Origin: Felis catus
Lineage: Eukaryota
NCBI RefSeq assembly: GCF_018350175.1
Contig: NC_058368.1
Location: forward strand, 167,216,001 to 167,280,000
Direction: 5' to 3'
Length of the DNA stretch: 64,000 nt
Part shown: positions 24,940 to 34,975 of the stretch, piece after piece
Layout: every line of letters begins with the position of its first letter
How positions within the stretch are numbered: the stretch's first letter is position 1
Program-made: the position numbers and the translations under genes
The notes under the pieces: generated by a model
What the model saw: the letters and a program-made list of their open reading frames with translations, nothing else
Databases searched by the model: none
Told to the model about the DNA's origin: nothing

Positions 24940-25070
24940 GTGAACTGAAGCAGGTTGACAATAATTTAAAGTCTTTGTCAAAAGCATCACAATAAACTCT
25001 CAGCAATTTAGCAGTCATATCTATACATGAATTAGCCCCTTTGTGGATTATTCACAGAGGATACAATAAG
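24940..25070 (+). pseudogene. Pseudo-exon: GELKQVDNNLKSLSKASQ*TLSNLAVISIHELAPLWIIHR
   Basis: Strong acceptor ttgtctttttcctttcattgtacAG|G; one stop in about 43 codons; donor not identifiable. Confidence 0.45.
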
Positions 25071-25146
25071 CTTTATGTTCTACTGACTTAGTAGTTTACA
25101 TATAGCCTCTGCAGGATTTTAGAACATTTCTCTCTTTTCCTCCTAG

Positions 25147-25418
25147 AGTCAGACATTGCATAAAACCATGGAAGCCAAAACACATCATTACCTTCCAATA
25201 TGCTCCTTAAGGATGATGTGAGTCAGACCATGGATGAGCTTAGAAAGAGATAAGGTGAGCTCCAGATGTTGTGAATCAGTCAGAACCAATCCAGCATCTC
25301 TCTTGAGCATGGAATCAGTAACAAGAAAGACTTTGGCAAATGATAAAACAGGATAGGAAGCTGAGGAATTTTTCAAATCAGATATTCAGAGTGTGTTTTC
25401 ATCATTTGAATGGAAATG
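25147..25418 (+). pseudogene. Pseudo-exon: ...SNMLLKDDVSQTMDELRKR*GELQML* ... (frameshift) SLLSMESVTRKTLANDKTG*EAEEFFKSDIQSVFSSFEWK(W)
   Basis: Strong acceptor tctctcttttcctcctAG|; donor ATG|GTATAA; several stops. Confidence 0.45.
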
Positions 25419-25888
25419 GTATAAACTCCCAACACATCAAACACCTGGATTAAATAGAGTACAGAAATACAGAGCAGAACAAAATATAAATTATTTGCAA
25501 TTTACCATTCTTGCATTACCCTTGTCAATGTTCCCCCATTAGCATAAATAATTCAAACTTTCCAAAATGACTTGTGCCCCAGTTGTTCAAATTGTAAAAT
25601 AACTGACTACATTATGCAATGTTTTAAAATTGGGCTATGCTTGAAAATTTTAAATTGCACTATTGTTTATGTAGACAAACTGGATATATATCTGGAAGAA
25701 AATTATTGGATTAAAGTTAATCTTCTAATGTTTATTAGTAATCATGTTGGTTTGGTAAAATATCTCAATATACATCTAACTACAGACTTGATCAAATAGT
25801 CACATTTGTATTTCCTGTGAATGTTTGGATTCCAAAAGATTTTTTCTCTTTAAAAAATAATTTTGAGAACCATTATAATAGTACTATT

Positions 25889-25951
25889 TTTTTAAGTTTT
25901 TTATAATTATTTTGAGAGAGAGAGAGAGAGTGAGTGCGTGCTCACAGGAGC

Positions 25952-25989
<38 letters not shown>

Positions 25990-26115
25990 CTCAAGCAGGC
26001 TCCACACTGTCAGCATGGAGCCCGATGTGGGGTTCGAACTCACAAACCATGAGATCATGACCTCAGCTGAGATCAAGACTCAAATGCTTAACCAACTGAG
26101 CCACCCAGGTGCCCC
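25889..26115 (-). mobile_element. CAN-SINE with TSD
   Basis: TSD attataata(g/a)tactatt at 25872-25888 and 26116-26132. Confidence 0.96.
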
Positions 26116-26496
26116 ATTATAATAATACTATTAAGTCATGCTTTGACAACTCTTTGCCACAATCCAAAGCTACAAAAATGATAGATAAGATATAGTAAGA
26201 GAAAGATAAAAAATTATAGCTAAGCTCAAAACAAAGCAAAATGAGCTAAGCACAAAGAAGGCAGTGGGGCAAAAGTGGCAGTCACAGTAGATTCTGTATG
26301 TAGAAACAGGCCAGGGACAACGAGGACTTTGGTACCCACAGAATAATGAAACTAAATCCATTTGGATGTGGGGGTTGAAGTCTGTCTCTTTGCTTGAAAA
26401 CAGAGCCAATATAGGTTTCCACGCCCATGAAAGGAAGCTGAAAAGAGCTGAAACCTAATATTTTCTGAGCTTACAGCTTATGTAAAGGATCTTGCC

Positions 26497-26881
26497 TGTT
26501 CTGGGCTGAGTGTGTTCTCCCAAAATTCATATGATGAAGGCCTAACACCCAGTACCTCATACTATGATTGGAGATGGAGTCTTTGAAAAGATAATTAAGT
26601 TTAAATGAGATCATTGGGATAGACTGTAATCCAATATGACTATTATCTTTATAAGAAGAAGAGATTAGGACACAGACACACTCACTAGGGAAGACCATGT
26701 GAAAACATTTGGTGAGGATGGCTGTCTACAAGCCAAGGGGAGAGGCCTTTAGAAGAAAACAACCCTGCTGATAACTTGATTTTGGAATCCTAACCTCTAG
26801 AACTGTGAGGAAATAAATTTCTGTTGTTTAAACCACCTTATCTGCAGTTCTTTTTTATCACAGCCCTCACAAAATAATACA
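26497..26881 (+). mobile_element. MLT1A0-like solo LTR, full length
   Basis: tgttctgggctgagtgtgttctcccaaaattcatatg ... aaataaatttctgttgtttaaaccacc ... taataca. Confidence 0.9.
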
Positions 26882-27139
26882 ATGACTAGGAAGGCAGAGT
26901 GACACAAACGCAGCCTCATGGTCAGGCTCCAAGTCAAGCTGTCCATTAGTCAGCCACAGAATGTGTACTAGCCCTTACATTGTATGGACCTGGGGTCTTA
27001 GCTAGAGGAAACAGGTTCCTACAAAGCTGGTTGGACACACTCACACAATCACTAGACAGGGATAGGGATGTCCAGAGAGAAGAGGGTGGGGGTGGGGGTG
27101 AGAATCCCATTCACGATTAGCCTGCACACCCAAGGTGCA

Positions 27140-27600
27140 AACCATATAGCAAAAAATAATACAAAAAATGAAGCCAACCACATCACCAATTGGAAATTTC
27201 AATACCAAATTAGAGAGCAATCTGAAAACAATTTTAAAATAGAGATATTTTAGAAACCTTAAAGAGATAAGGAACATTCTCCTTGATTAAAAAAAGATAT
27301 GAAAATGAACAAATGAATATAAAACAAAAATTCCTAGAAATGAGCATTATAGTTATTAAAACAAGAAAATCAATGGCCTTGTTATACTCTAGACTAGAAA
27401 GTTTCAAAAAAATAATAAATTACAAGACATTGTTGAGGAGTTCACTCAGAATGTGACAATGCAAGAAAAAGAGCAGTTAATTTCTAGGGTGCATAAATTG
27501 AGAATCTAAACAGTCATCTGATAGAAATTCCATAGGATAAGAAGAAAGTACATGGTAGAGAAGTAGCATGCAAAGATAGAATAACTAAGAAGTTTCTTAA
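27140..27600 (+). mobile_element. Ancient L1 ORF1-region relic
   Basis: A-rich coiled-coil-like decayed sequence (ttcctagaaatgagcattatagttattaaaac...gagttcactcagaatg). Confidence 0.5.
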
Positions 27601-28314
27601 TTAATGTATCTGGGACCCATTAAAAGCATCAGTTTCAAAAGTTGGAATTATTAGATTAGATTTCCCAGATTAAAAGTAGGACAAAATGCAGGATTTTATG
27701 CTTTTTCACTGTGGACCTTAAGGACCTTTAAATGTGGAATTTAAAGTCTATGACAGGTATATACCTTAGGAACTACACTGGTATCAAACAATCATACTTT
27801 GATGAGTGAGAGTTTTCCCTGAAGAACATGGATGCACTCACACTGTCATCATGGGTAATGATAAACCCTAGAGCAGAAAATAGGGCAGGCCTCAAGGCTG
27901 GGGGAGAAAGAACATATTTCTTTTTGGGATCTAGAGTCCAAGAAATAGAAGCTTAACAATATTAGTAATGGCAACAGGAAAAAAAAAAAAAACTAGTTGG
28001 TGAATTAAGTCCCTATCTTCAAGGGGTCATATCTAAGTTCTAGTCCCACTGGTATTTTGAACATTGGTGAATCTGTGTTCTCACCCAAGAACAAAGGCCA
28101 TGTCAGGAGTAGGCACAACAGATGTCTAATGGTAAAAGCTCTTATGAGTGCCTTATAAAATTCACCTACGTGAACTAAAGTGGCTGGTCCATAGTAGTTG
28201 GGTTCTAGAGTTCTCTGCCTAAGGAGTAACTTGGTATACATTTTATTCCTGCAAGGGCCATTTAAGTCTTAGTGAATTGGCCATGGTCATGGGGGCTTAA
28301 AAATACTGGATGTA

Positions 28315-28539
28315 GGGGCGCCTGGGTGGCGCAGTCGGTTAAGCGTCCGACTTCAGCCAGGTCACGATCTCGCTCGCGGTCCGTGAAGTTCGAGACCCGC
28401 GTCGGGCTCTGGGCTGATGGCTCAGAGCCTGGAGCCTGTTTCCGATTCTGTGTCTCCCTCACTCTCTGCCCCTTGCCCGTTCATGCTCTGTCTCTCTCTG
28501 TCCCAAAAATAAATAAACGTTGAAAAAAAAATTAAAAAA
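28315..28539 (+). mobile_element. Young felid SINE
   Basis: Perfect 16-bp TSD aaaaatactggatgta at 28299-28314 and 28540-28555. Confidence 0.97.
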
Positions 28540-28551
28540 AAAAATACTGGA

Positions 28552-28931
28552 TGTATTAGTTTTCTAGGGCTTCCATAACCAAGTGCCAAACACTGAGTGG
28601 CTTAAACAACAGAAATTTGTTTCCTCACAGTTCTGGTGGGTAGAAGTCCAAGATAAAGGTATTAGCAGGGTTGGTTTCTTTTCGGGCCTCTCTCCTTGCC
28701 TTATAGATGGCCATCTTCTCTCTTTGTCTTCACACAGTCTTTGTATACATCTGTGTCCCAATCTCCTCTTCTTATATAAGAACACCAGTTATTGGTTTAG
28801 GGCCCACCCATACCTCATTTTACCTTAAATACCACTTAAAGGCCTTTTCTGCAAATATAATCACATTCTGAGGAACTGAGGGTTAGGCCTTCAACAGATG
28901 AATTCAGGCACACATAATCCAGTTCATAATA
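28552..28931 (-). mobile_element. MLT1A0-like solo LTR, full length
   Basis: tgtattagttttctagggcttccataac...ccagttcataata; 5-bp TSD ctgga (28547-28551) / ctggg (28932-28936). Confidence 0.9.
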
Positions 28932-29556
28932 CTGGGCTATCTTCAAATGTTAGAACAGAATTACCTAAGACCAGGTTCCAACAATGGACAACCAAACTTT
29001 TTGTGGCGACAACAGCAAGGAGGTGCTAAGAGGAGGCAAGCAACAGCAGGGAGGGGGCTCTCCAAAATCCAGCAGCCACAGATACTTGACCCTATGAGTG
29101 CCTCAAAGCTCCTTTGAAGGAGCCCTGTCTTACAAACTTGCTTAACCTGCTCCTTAGAAAAATTTAAGAAGAGAGTTACTAGAAAACATTAGAATTTCTG
29201 GTTAACTCAAACAAATGGAGGTTCAATTTGAGCACCAAAGAAAATGTGACTTGTCTTTATCTCAAGATGGGTAAGTGAAGCATGCCAGTCATCATCTCAG
29301 AATGCAAATAAAACTTTTATTGCTAAAGGAGAAAAAAAGTAAGAAGTGGAGAAGCTGAAGAGGCAACTAAGAAAAATGGGGTTTAAGAGATGTGGTCCCA
29401 CTGCTTACTTGATTGATGCTGTGTAGCAGATTTTGTTGAAGGTTCTGCTTGTGTCTGAGGGTAACCTACTGAAGTAAGTGTGTGAGAGGAATGTTAAAAA
29501 CAAGTATTTGTTTTAGCACAATTCCTATAATCATGAGAATTTCAAAACTCCATATA

Positions 29557-29755
29557 CCTTAATTATTTTAAGGATTAAGAGAGAGAGAGAGAGAGAGGAG
29601 GAGAGGGGCAGAGAGAGGAGAGAGAGAATCACAAGCAGGCTCCACACCATCAGTGCAGAGCCCAACACAGAGCTCAGTCTCACAAACCATGAGATCATGA
29701 CCTGAGCCAAAATCAAGAGTCCTACACTTTACCAACTGAACAGCACAGGCGCCCC
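29557..29755 (-). mobile_element. CAN-SINE
   Basis: TSD actccatata at 29547-29556 and 29756-29765. Confidence 0.93.
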
Positions 29756-30054
29756 ACTCCATATAATTTTTAGAATTTAAAAACAAGTATAAATAAAAGG
29801 AACATGAAGAAGTTCTATATATGGTCTTAATTCTTAGATAAATTTAACTTCAGGGAGACTACCATTGCTCACAGAGCTGCTCCCTTGATAACTAACTAAT
29901 CAATACCCTTAAGTCAAGTGTACAAATGCAGCCAATGAAGAAGAGGCTCAAACATATTTATTTGTTCCTTCAGGAAATACCAATAAATATACAACAGCAA
30001 ATGAGAGAGAAGAGGTCCCTGCTCTCACAGCATTTCTGTTTGTGGCAAATAAGA

Positions 30055-30515
30055 GTAATCTAAAGAGGGTTTAATAGAAGGCTGTTTACAAAGGCATAGG
30101 CAGAATGAAGGGAAGCTGTAAGGAATAGTGCAGTACTCTGGGTCCATTAATTTACAGCTATTATTAGATCTTCATAGATCTCAAGGAGCAGGTAAAGGGA
30201 AAGATACTAGAACCAAGAAGGAGAGTGCCCTATAGAGAGGGCCAGGCCACCTTGACAGAAGCTGTGAGTTTTAGTCAAGAAATTCAGTCAGCCCAAGGGG
30301 ATAATCAGGAATGGAGTCAGAGGAATAATAGCTCCCAATTTTCTCTCCTTGCTCTGTGTCTCTTCTGTCAGGACACCCCATTGACCAAATCCAACCTGAG
30401 GCCAAAAGGCAAGGGAACCACTCACAAACCCACATAGGTCAGCCTCCAGGTCTAAAAGCAGGGTAAAGCAGAGTGGAGTCTTGATCTGGAGGGAGAATAG
30501 AAGATGTCTGGCCTG
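30055..30515 (-). mobile_element. LTR33-like ERVL LTR
   Basis: ccccattgaccaaatccaacctgaggccaaaaggcaagggaacc...aggtcagcctcc...gatctggaggg. Confidence 0.65.
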
Positions 30516-31441
30516 GCATCCCTATCTTTACATTCCATCAACTTGAGTCCAGTGCACAGAAGAGCTCACTCCCTTTTACACACACCATGTTAGACCCCGC
30601 CTCAATAAATGGCCTTTCCAAATATTTGATGTTTTATAGTAATGACAAAGAACTTAACTCTCAAGGAATTTGGACACTCATAAATGAGATCAACACTTAC
30701 AAATTTCAAAGCATTTGCTTAAAGTACTCCCAAAGGGTCTCTTATGAAAGGCTGGGAGTTCTTTCTGGCAAGGAATGGTAATAACAACAGCTTAGTCAAA
30801 GGTGGCTCCCCACAGCCTGTGCCTGGACAAGAAGACTTTAGAAACCTAGATTGTGAGTTGAAATTTAGGCTTCTACTAGAAAATAAAGTCTTTAAAAATT
30901 ATCAGGGTCAGTAAAATGAACCAATATAAACTTTTTGTGTGTCGCTTCTCCAAATATCTAAAGAAAACATGGCCAAGGTCAACATCCCCTTCACCACTGT
31001 CCTTTATTGCTCCAATACTCTGTACCCTTGTTTTGACGAATTACTGAAAATTTGTAGAGAGTATCCATTCTTTCCCTTTGTATATTTTAAATGTCTTGAA
31101 TACCCTTTCATCCACGAGTCTCAAAGTATTTTATAAACATTAATTTTCCCAACAAATATGTGAGGTTAAAGTATAATTATCCCTTTCCTCCCAATTGTTT
31201 AAATGTAAGAAACACAGGAACGATAAGAAACCACACCCCTGGTCTCAGAGCACATTTCCTGCAGAATTGGATTCAACTTCCCCAGTCACTAGCAATCTTT
31301 TCAATTCTTATGCCACTGAAAAGAATATGTCAGTGTTTTATTTTTCATTACCCTACCCCAATAATTGAGGACCCTCTTAAGGAAACTAATGATTGTGGAG
31401 CGTGTAACATGAGTCAGGCGCTGTAAATCACTGATTTAAGT

Positions 31442-31626
31442 CAGTGATTCTCAAACTTCAATGCACATTCAAAGCATCTGGGAAGCTTTAAAAAAGTCCT
31501 GAGGCGCAGGCGCACCCCATGGCAATTAAATCAGAAACTTTGGAGGTAAAGACCACATATCATTGTTTATTGGTTTTTTTAACTTCCCAGGTGATTCCAG
31601 TGTGCAGTCAAATTTGAGAAGTGGTG
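31442..31626. mobile_element. MER5-family hAT MITE
   Basis: cagtgattctcaaactt ... ccaggtgattccagtgtgcagtcaaatttgagaagtggtg (inverted termini). Confidence 0.8.
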
Positions 31627-31634
31627 TTTGGAAT

Positions 31635-31866
31635 CTTTATCGCTTAAAGTGTGGTATGCAGACCAACAGCGTCAACATCATCTAGATGTTTCTTGGCCAT
31701 GCAGAATTTCATGTGCCACCCCAGACCTACTGAAACAATATTCATTTTAACAAGCTCCCAAGTGGTTAATATGCATATTATTTAACAAGCTCCCAAGTGG
31801 TTAATATGCATATTATTTAACAAGCTCCCAAGTGGTTAACTTCCAACACAAGTTGGAAAAACACTG
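31635..31866. mobile_element. Second MER5-family MITE carrying an internal tandem repeat
   Basis: aaagtgtggtatgcagaccaacagcgtcaacatca...ccccagacctactgaa...cattttaacaagctccc...aaacactg. Confidence 0.8.
31746..31839. repeat. Perfect 35-bp tandem repeat, 2.7 copies
   Basis: tttaacaagctcccaagtggttaatatgcatatta at 31746-31780 and 31781-31815, partial copy 31816-31839. Confidence 0.97.
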
Positions 31867-32418
31867 CCTTAAGTAACCAGAAAGCAAAAAAGGTCAGTGA
31901 CACTATCCCCATTTTATAAATGAAGATATGTGTTCAGAAAGGTCAAGTAATATGCCAAGATTCTAAGACAGGGCTAATTAAAAGTTCTTATATTTTTAAT
32001 TCCACCAGTTTAAACTGGACGAGGGGAGTCACATTTTTGAAAAGTGATGAAAGCTTTGAAACCTCATCCACGAATTAACACAAAAGATTTTTTTACGTGT
32101 ATTTTGAAGGATTTCTCATACCAAAAGGCTTCCATGCAAACCTGCAGAACCAAGGACCACAGGCCCCTCCCTCTGCTCCCTACCCTATGACTCCATGACC
32201 TATATGATATAGATATTTGATTTCTATTCAATATAAAAAGAGGTCTATAAAGAAAATAAGCTTTGTCTTAGATGGATAACCACATACACATATGCACACA
32301 AAGCATTTGTTCTAAACAGTCCAAATACTCTGGGAATTTAACAACCAAAAGCCCTTTTGGAAGGCACATTGACAGAAGGTAACATTGTACATGGGCTCTT
32401 CCACACACCTGTTAGCAG

Positions 32419-32661
32419 TTGAACCTAATTGTTCAGCAGCTGGTACTGATTTGGGATTCTTTCACTATATCTCATTATTCCTCTTCTAAAATTTTTTCTG
32501 GTTTGGAACTGCTGCTGCTGTTTTTGCACGATGTATATATTTTTAAAACTAAAAAGACGTACTTTGAAAGAACTCTGGAGAAAGAACTTTTTTATTATCC
32601 ATTTTGTAGTCAAATTTATTTAAACTGACAGTGGTGATTATTAGGTGTGGAAAATCTAAGG
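32419..32661 (+). pseudogene. Pseudo-exon: LNLIVQQLVLIWDSFTISHYSSSKIFSGLELLLLFLHDVYIFKTKKTYFERTLEKELFYYPFCSQIYLN*QW*LLGVENLR (TBC C-terminal IWD motif)
   Basis: 69 open codons from an AG at 32417-32418; strong donor AGG|GTAAGA; 243 nt; two TGA stops. The original acceptor may have been near 32408 (ctg tta gca = LLA). Confidence 0.6.
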
Positions 32662-32984
32662 GTAAGAAAAGATTTAACTAGTTGGCTATCCTTCATTTCC
32701 TTATATCTCTTTCTAACATTTAGGTAGTCTGGCTAAATTCATAAATATCTGGTTTGCAGATATTTGTGGATTAGAATTGCAAGGAATATTGTCATGAGTA
32801 GAGAAAGATGCCTTTCCTGGGTTGGAAACCCTCTGGAGTAGAAGTACACATAATATTATGTACACATAATATTAGCTAGATTTTAAAGCAAGATACCCTT
32901 GATGGAGAACTAGATAATCTAAGACATTTTAAGAAGCAACATGAGAGAGATGATAAAGACAAGATATTTAAAATATATAAAATA

Positions 32985-33206
32985 GGGGCGCCTGGGTGGC
33001 GCAGTCGGTTAAGCGTCCGACTTCAGCCAGGTCACGATCTCGCGGTCCGTGAGTTCGAGCCATGCATCAGGCTCTGGGCTGATGGCTCAGAGCCTGGAGC
33101 CTGTTTCTGATTCTGTGTCTCCCTCTCTCTCTGCCCCTCCCCCGTTCATGCTCTGTCTCTCTCTGTCCCAAAAAAAATAAATAAACGTTGAAAAAAAAAT
33201 TTTTTT
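32985..33206 (+). mobile_element. Young felid SINE
   Basis: TSD aaatatataaaata at 32971-32984 and 33207-33220. Confidence 0.97.
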
Positions 33207-33294
33207 AAATATATAAAATAAAAAGAAAGTAATGGTGCATACAAAAAAAATACAAACACACATAAAATGATCACAGATCAAGTGATTATTTAAG

Positions 33295-33403
33295 AGTGTT
33301 TATTTGCAAGTCCAACGTGGCTTTTCTTGAGTGTGTTCATACAACATCAAGACCACTGGCTATCTTTGAAATCAAAATGCCATGTGAGATTGGGCTATTG
33401 GAG
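33295..33403 (+). pseudogene. Pseudo-exon: SVYLQVQRGFS*VCSYNIKTTGYL*NQNAM*DWAIG (phase 0 to 1); an alternative frame is open
   Basis: Acceptor gattatttaAG| and donor GAG|GTAAAA; all three stops are TGA. Confidence 0.45.
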
Positions 33404-33446
33404 GTAAAACACAGACCAAAGCATTCAACAAGCATGAATCACATCT

Positions 33447-33675
33447 CTCTCTCTGTCTCTCTCTCTCTCTCCCTCTCTCTCTTTTTAAGTTTATTTATTT
33501 TGAGAGAAAGAGTGAATGAGAGTGTGCAGGAGAGGCAGAAAGAGAGAATCACAGGCAGGCTCCACACTGTCAGTGCACAGCCCGACAACGGGCTCGAACC
33601 CGCAAACCACCAGATCATGACCTGAGCCAAGATCAAGAGTCAGACACTTAACCAACTGAGTCATCCAGGCACCCC
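33447..33675 (-). mobile_element. CAN-SINE whose tail is a (GA)n microsatellite
   Basis: Perfect 17-bp TSD aagcatgaatcacatct at 33430-33446 and 33676-33692. Confidence 0.96.
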
Positions 33676-33846
33676 AAGCATGAATCACATCTTAATAATA
33701 ACATAAAATAGGATTTTTAAACTATATTTAAAATAATCCATAGAGAAAGGAAAAAGAAGCTATTCCATAATTTTAAAATTCTTAAAAGCATATGATTAAT
33801 AATTTGGTTCTTTAATAAACCTGGAAAATATAATATATTCTCCTAA

Positions 33847-33958
33847 TTATTCTGACTTGGAACATTCACTAAATGACGGATGCTCCTCTGAACCCAGCAG
33901 ATGGTCTTACAAGTACTACTCAGGTCATAACAAAGACTATGGGTCAATGGCATTGAAG
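33847..33958 (+). pseudogene. Possible pseudo-exon: (V)ILTWNIH*MTDAPLNPADGLTSTTQVITKTMGQWH*(R)
   Basis: Requires a mutated acceptor (tattctcctAA|) and a weak donor AAG|GTTCTT; phases 1 to 2 fit both neighbours. Confidence 0.3.
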
Positions 33959-34456
33959 GTTCTTGGAAAGTATTTGTACTGCCTGTCCTTAAATCTAGTT
34001 GGTAGTGTATACTTCTTCACCAATAAGAGCAAATATGTCACTAGAAGTTATAGGTTTCATTGAGATCAGAATATTTATTCTGTAGGTGATAGTTTGCTTT
34101 TTGTTATGATGGCAACATATATTTGCACACATATTTAGAACATGAACGATCTGTGTTTATTATAACAGACAACTTGCCTAAATATTTATAACCCTGAGTT
34201 GAAAAGTAGGAATTACATTAATCTGCATCACTATTGATGGAGCTAGGTTTGGATTTACCTGTTAGTGTTCTCATAAATCTCACTAATAGATGTAATAGAG
34301 GTCCCCTTAGCAATGTGCCCTCAAGTAATTCTGCAAACATAGCAATAGAAAGCATTAAAGTGTCTTGAGACAATTTTCCTTTAAAATAGTGTCTCTGTGG
34401 CTAGCCAGATATTTATTGTAACATTGTGCTTTATGTCTTTATCTTTTTTAATGCAG

Positions 34457-34549
34457 AATTAGCAATGATATTGGCTTCAGAAAGGAGTTATTGTATAGAA
34501 AGAATGCCCAAACGATGAAGAAAGAACAGATTTACTCACTCTTATTAAG
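34457..34549 (+). pseudogene. Exon with open frame: (R)ISNDIGFRKELLYRKNAQTMKKEQIYSLLL(R), GC donor
   Basis: Strong acceptor tttatgtctttatcttttttaatgcAG|; donor AAG|GCAAGT (consensus GC-AG type); 93 nt, phase 2-2, no stop. Confidence 0.55.
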
Positions 34550-34799
34550 GCAAGTAGCATATTTACAATGAATTAACAGAATAAATACATACTCATTTAA
34601 ATATTATGATCTATAGAATTAGATAAATGTTGACTTTAATACAATCAAAGTTGTATTTTTGGCGGACTCTTCAGCTGTTGCTAGCTTTGTGGAGCATATA
34701 TGTTAAAAGACTGAGTGAAAATAGAAGGCCAATGACATAAACTATAAATTAGAATCCATACTTCCTTAATTCATAACTTGAACCTAACCCCGACCAAGA

Positions 34800-34975
34800 G
34801 ACAGCAATGTGTGGTGGAAGGAGTATGAGTCAGACTAGATTCTGATCCTGCCTCTGCCACCATCTAGCTGTATGACCTTGGACAGGAACCTCAGTGATTG
34901 GGGAATTCTGTGTCCTCAGTGTGAAATGACGCTTGTAGGGTATGATGATCTCTTCAGTCCTTGCCAGCTCTGTTC
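34800..34975 (+). mobile_element. MIR3 relic
   Basis: gatcctgcctctgccaccatctagctgtatgaccttggacagg...gatgatctcttcagtccttgccagctct. Confidence 0.7.

Larger units (their letters stand above)
1..34549 (+). pseudogene. Probable decayed multi-exon gene encoding a divergent TBC (Rab-GAP)-like protein; 5' part lies upstream of the window and the 3' end is not located
   Basis: Ordered exon-like blocks bounded by polypyrimidine-AG and GT/GC donors. Phases match at several junctions (106/345, 5024/5456, 32661/33295, 33403/33847, 33958/34457). Translations give TBC-like motifs in the expected order (G..V.VQL..I*, KQNENLYNFL, KW/LLA, QQLVLIWDSF). Multiple stops and frameshifts. Confidence 0.6.

Noticed and set aside
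26497..28931. Two MLT1A0-like LTRs as the ends of one provirus
   Set aside because: Opposite orientation, the second has its own TSD, and the intervening sequence is old L1-like and unique DNA.
31746..31839. 35-bp direct repeats resembling a CRISPR array
   Set aside because: Units are head-to-tail with no spacers, lie inside a MER5 MITE, and the DNA is mammalian.
32425..32613. Minus-strand ORF or exon with QQQQ
   Set aside because: All frames of the putative minus exon contain stops; the + strand reading has the stronger donor and the IWD motif.
32844..32874. 16-bp tandem duplication containing the palindrome acataatattatgt
   Set aside because: Real but small and AT-rich; an ordinary slippage product.
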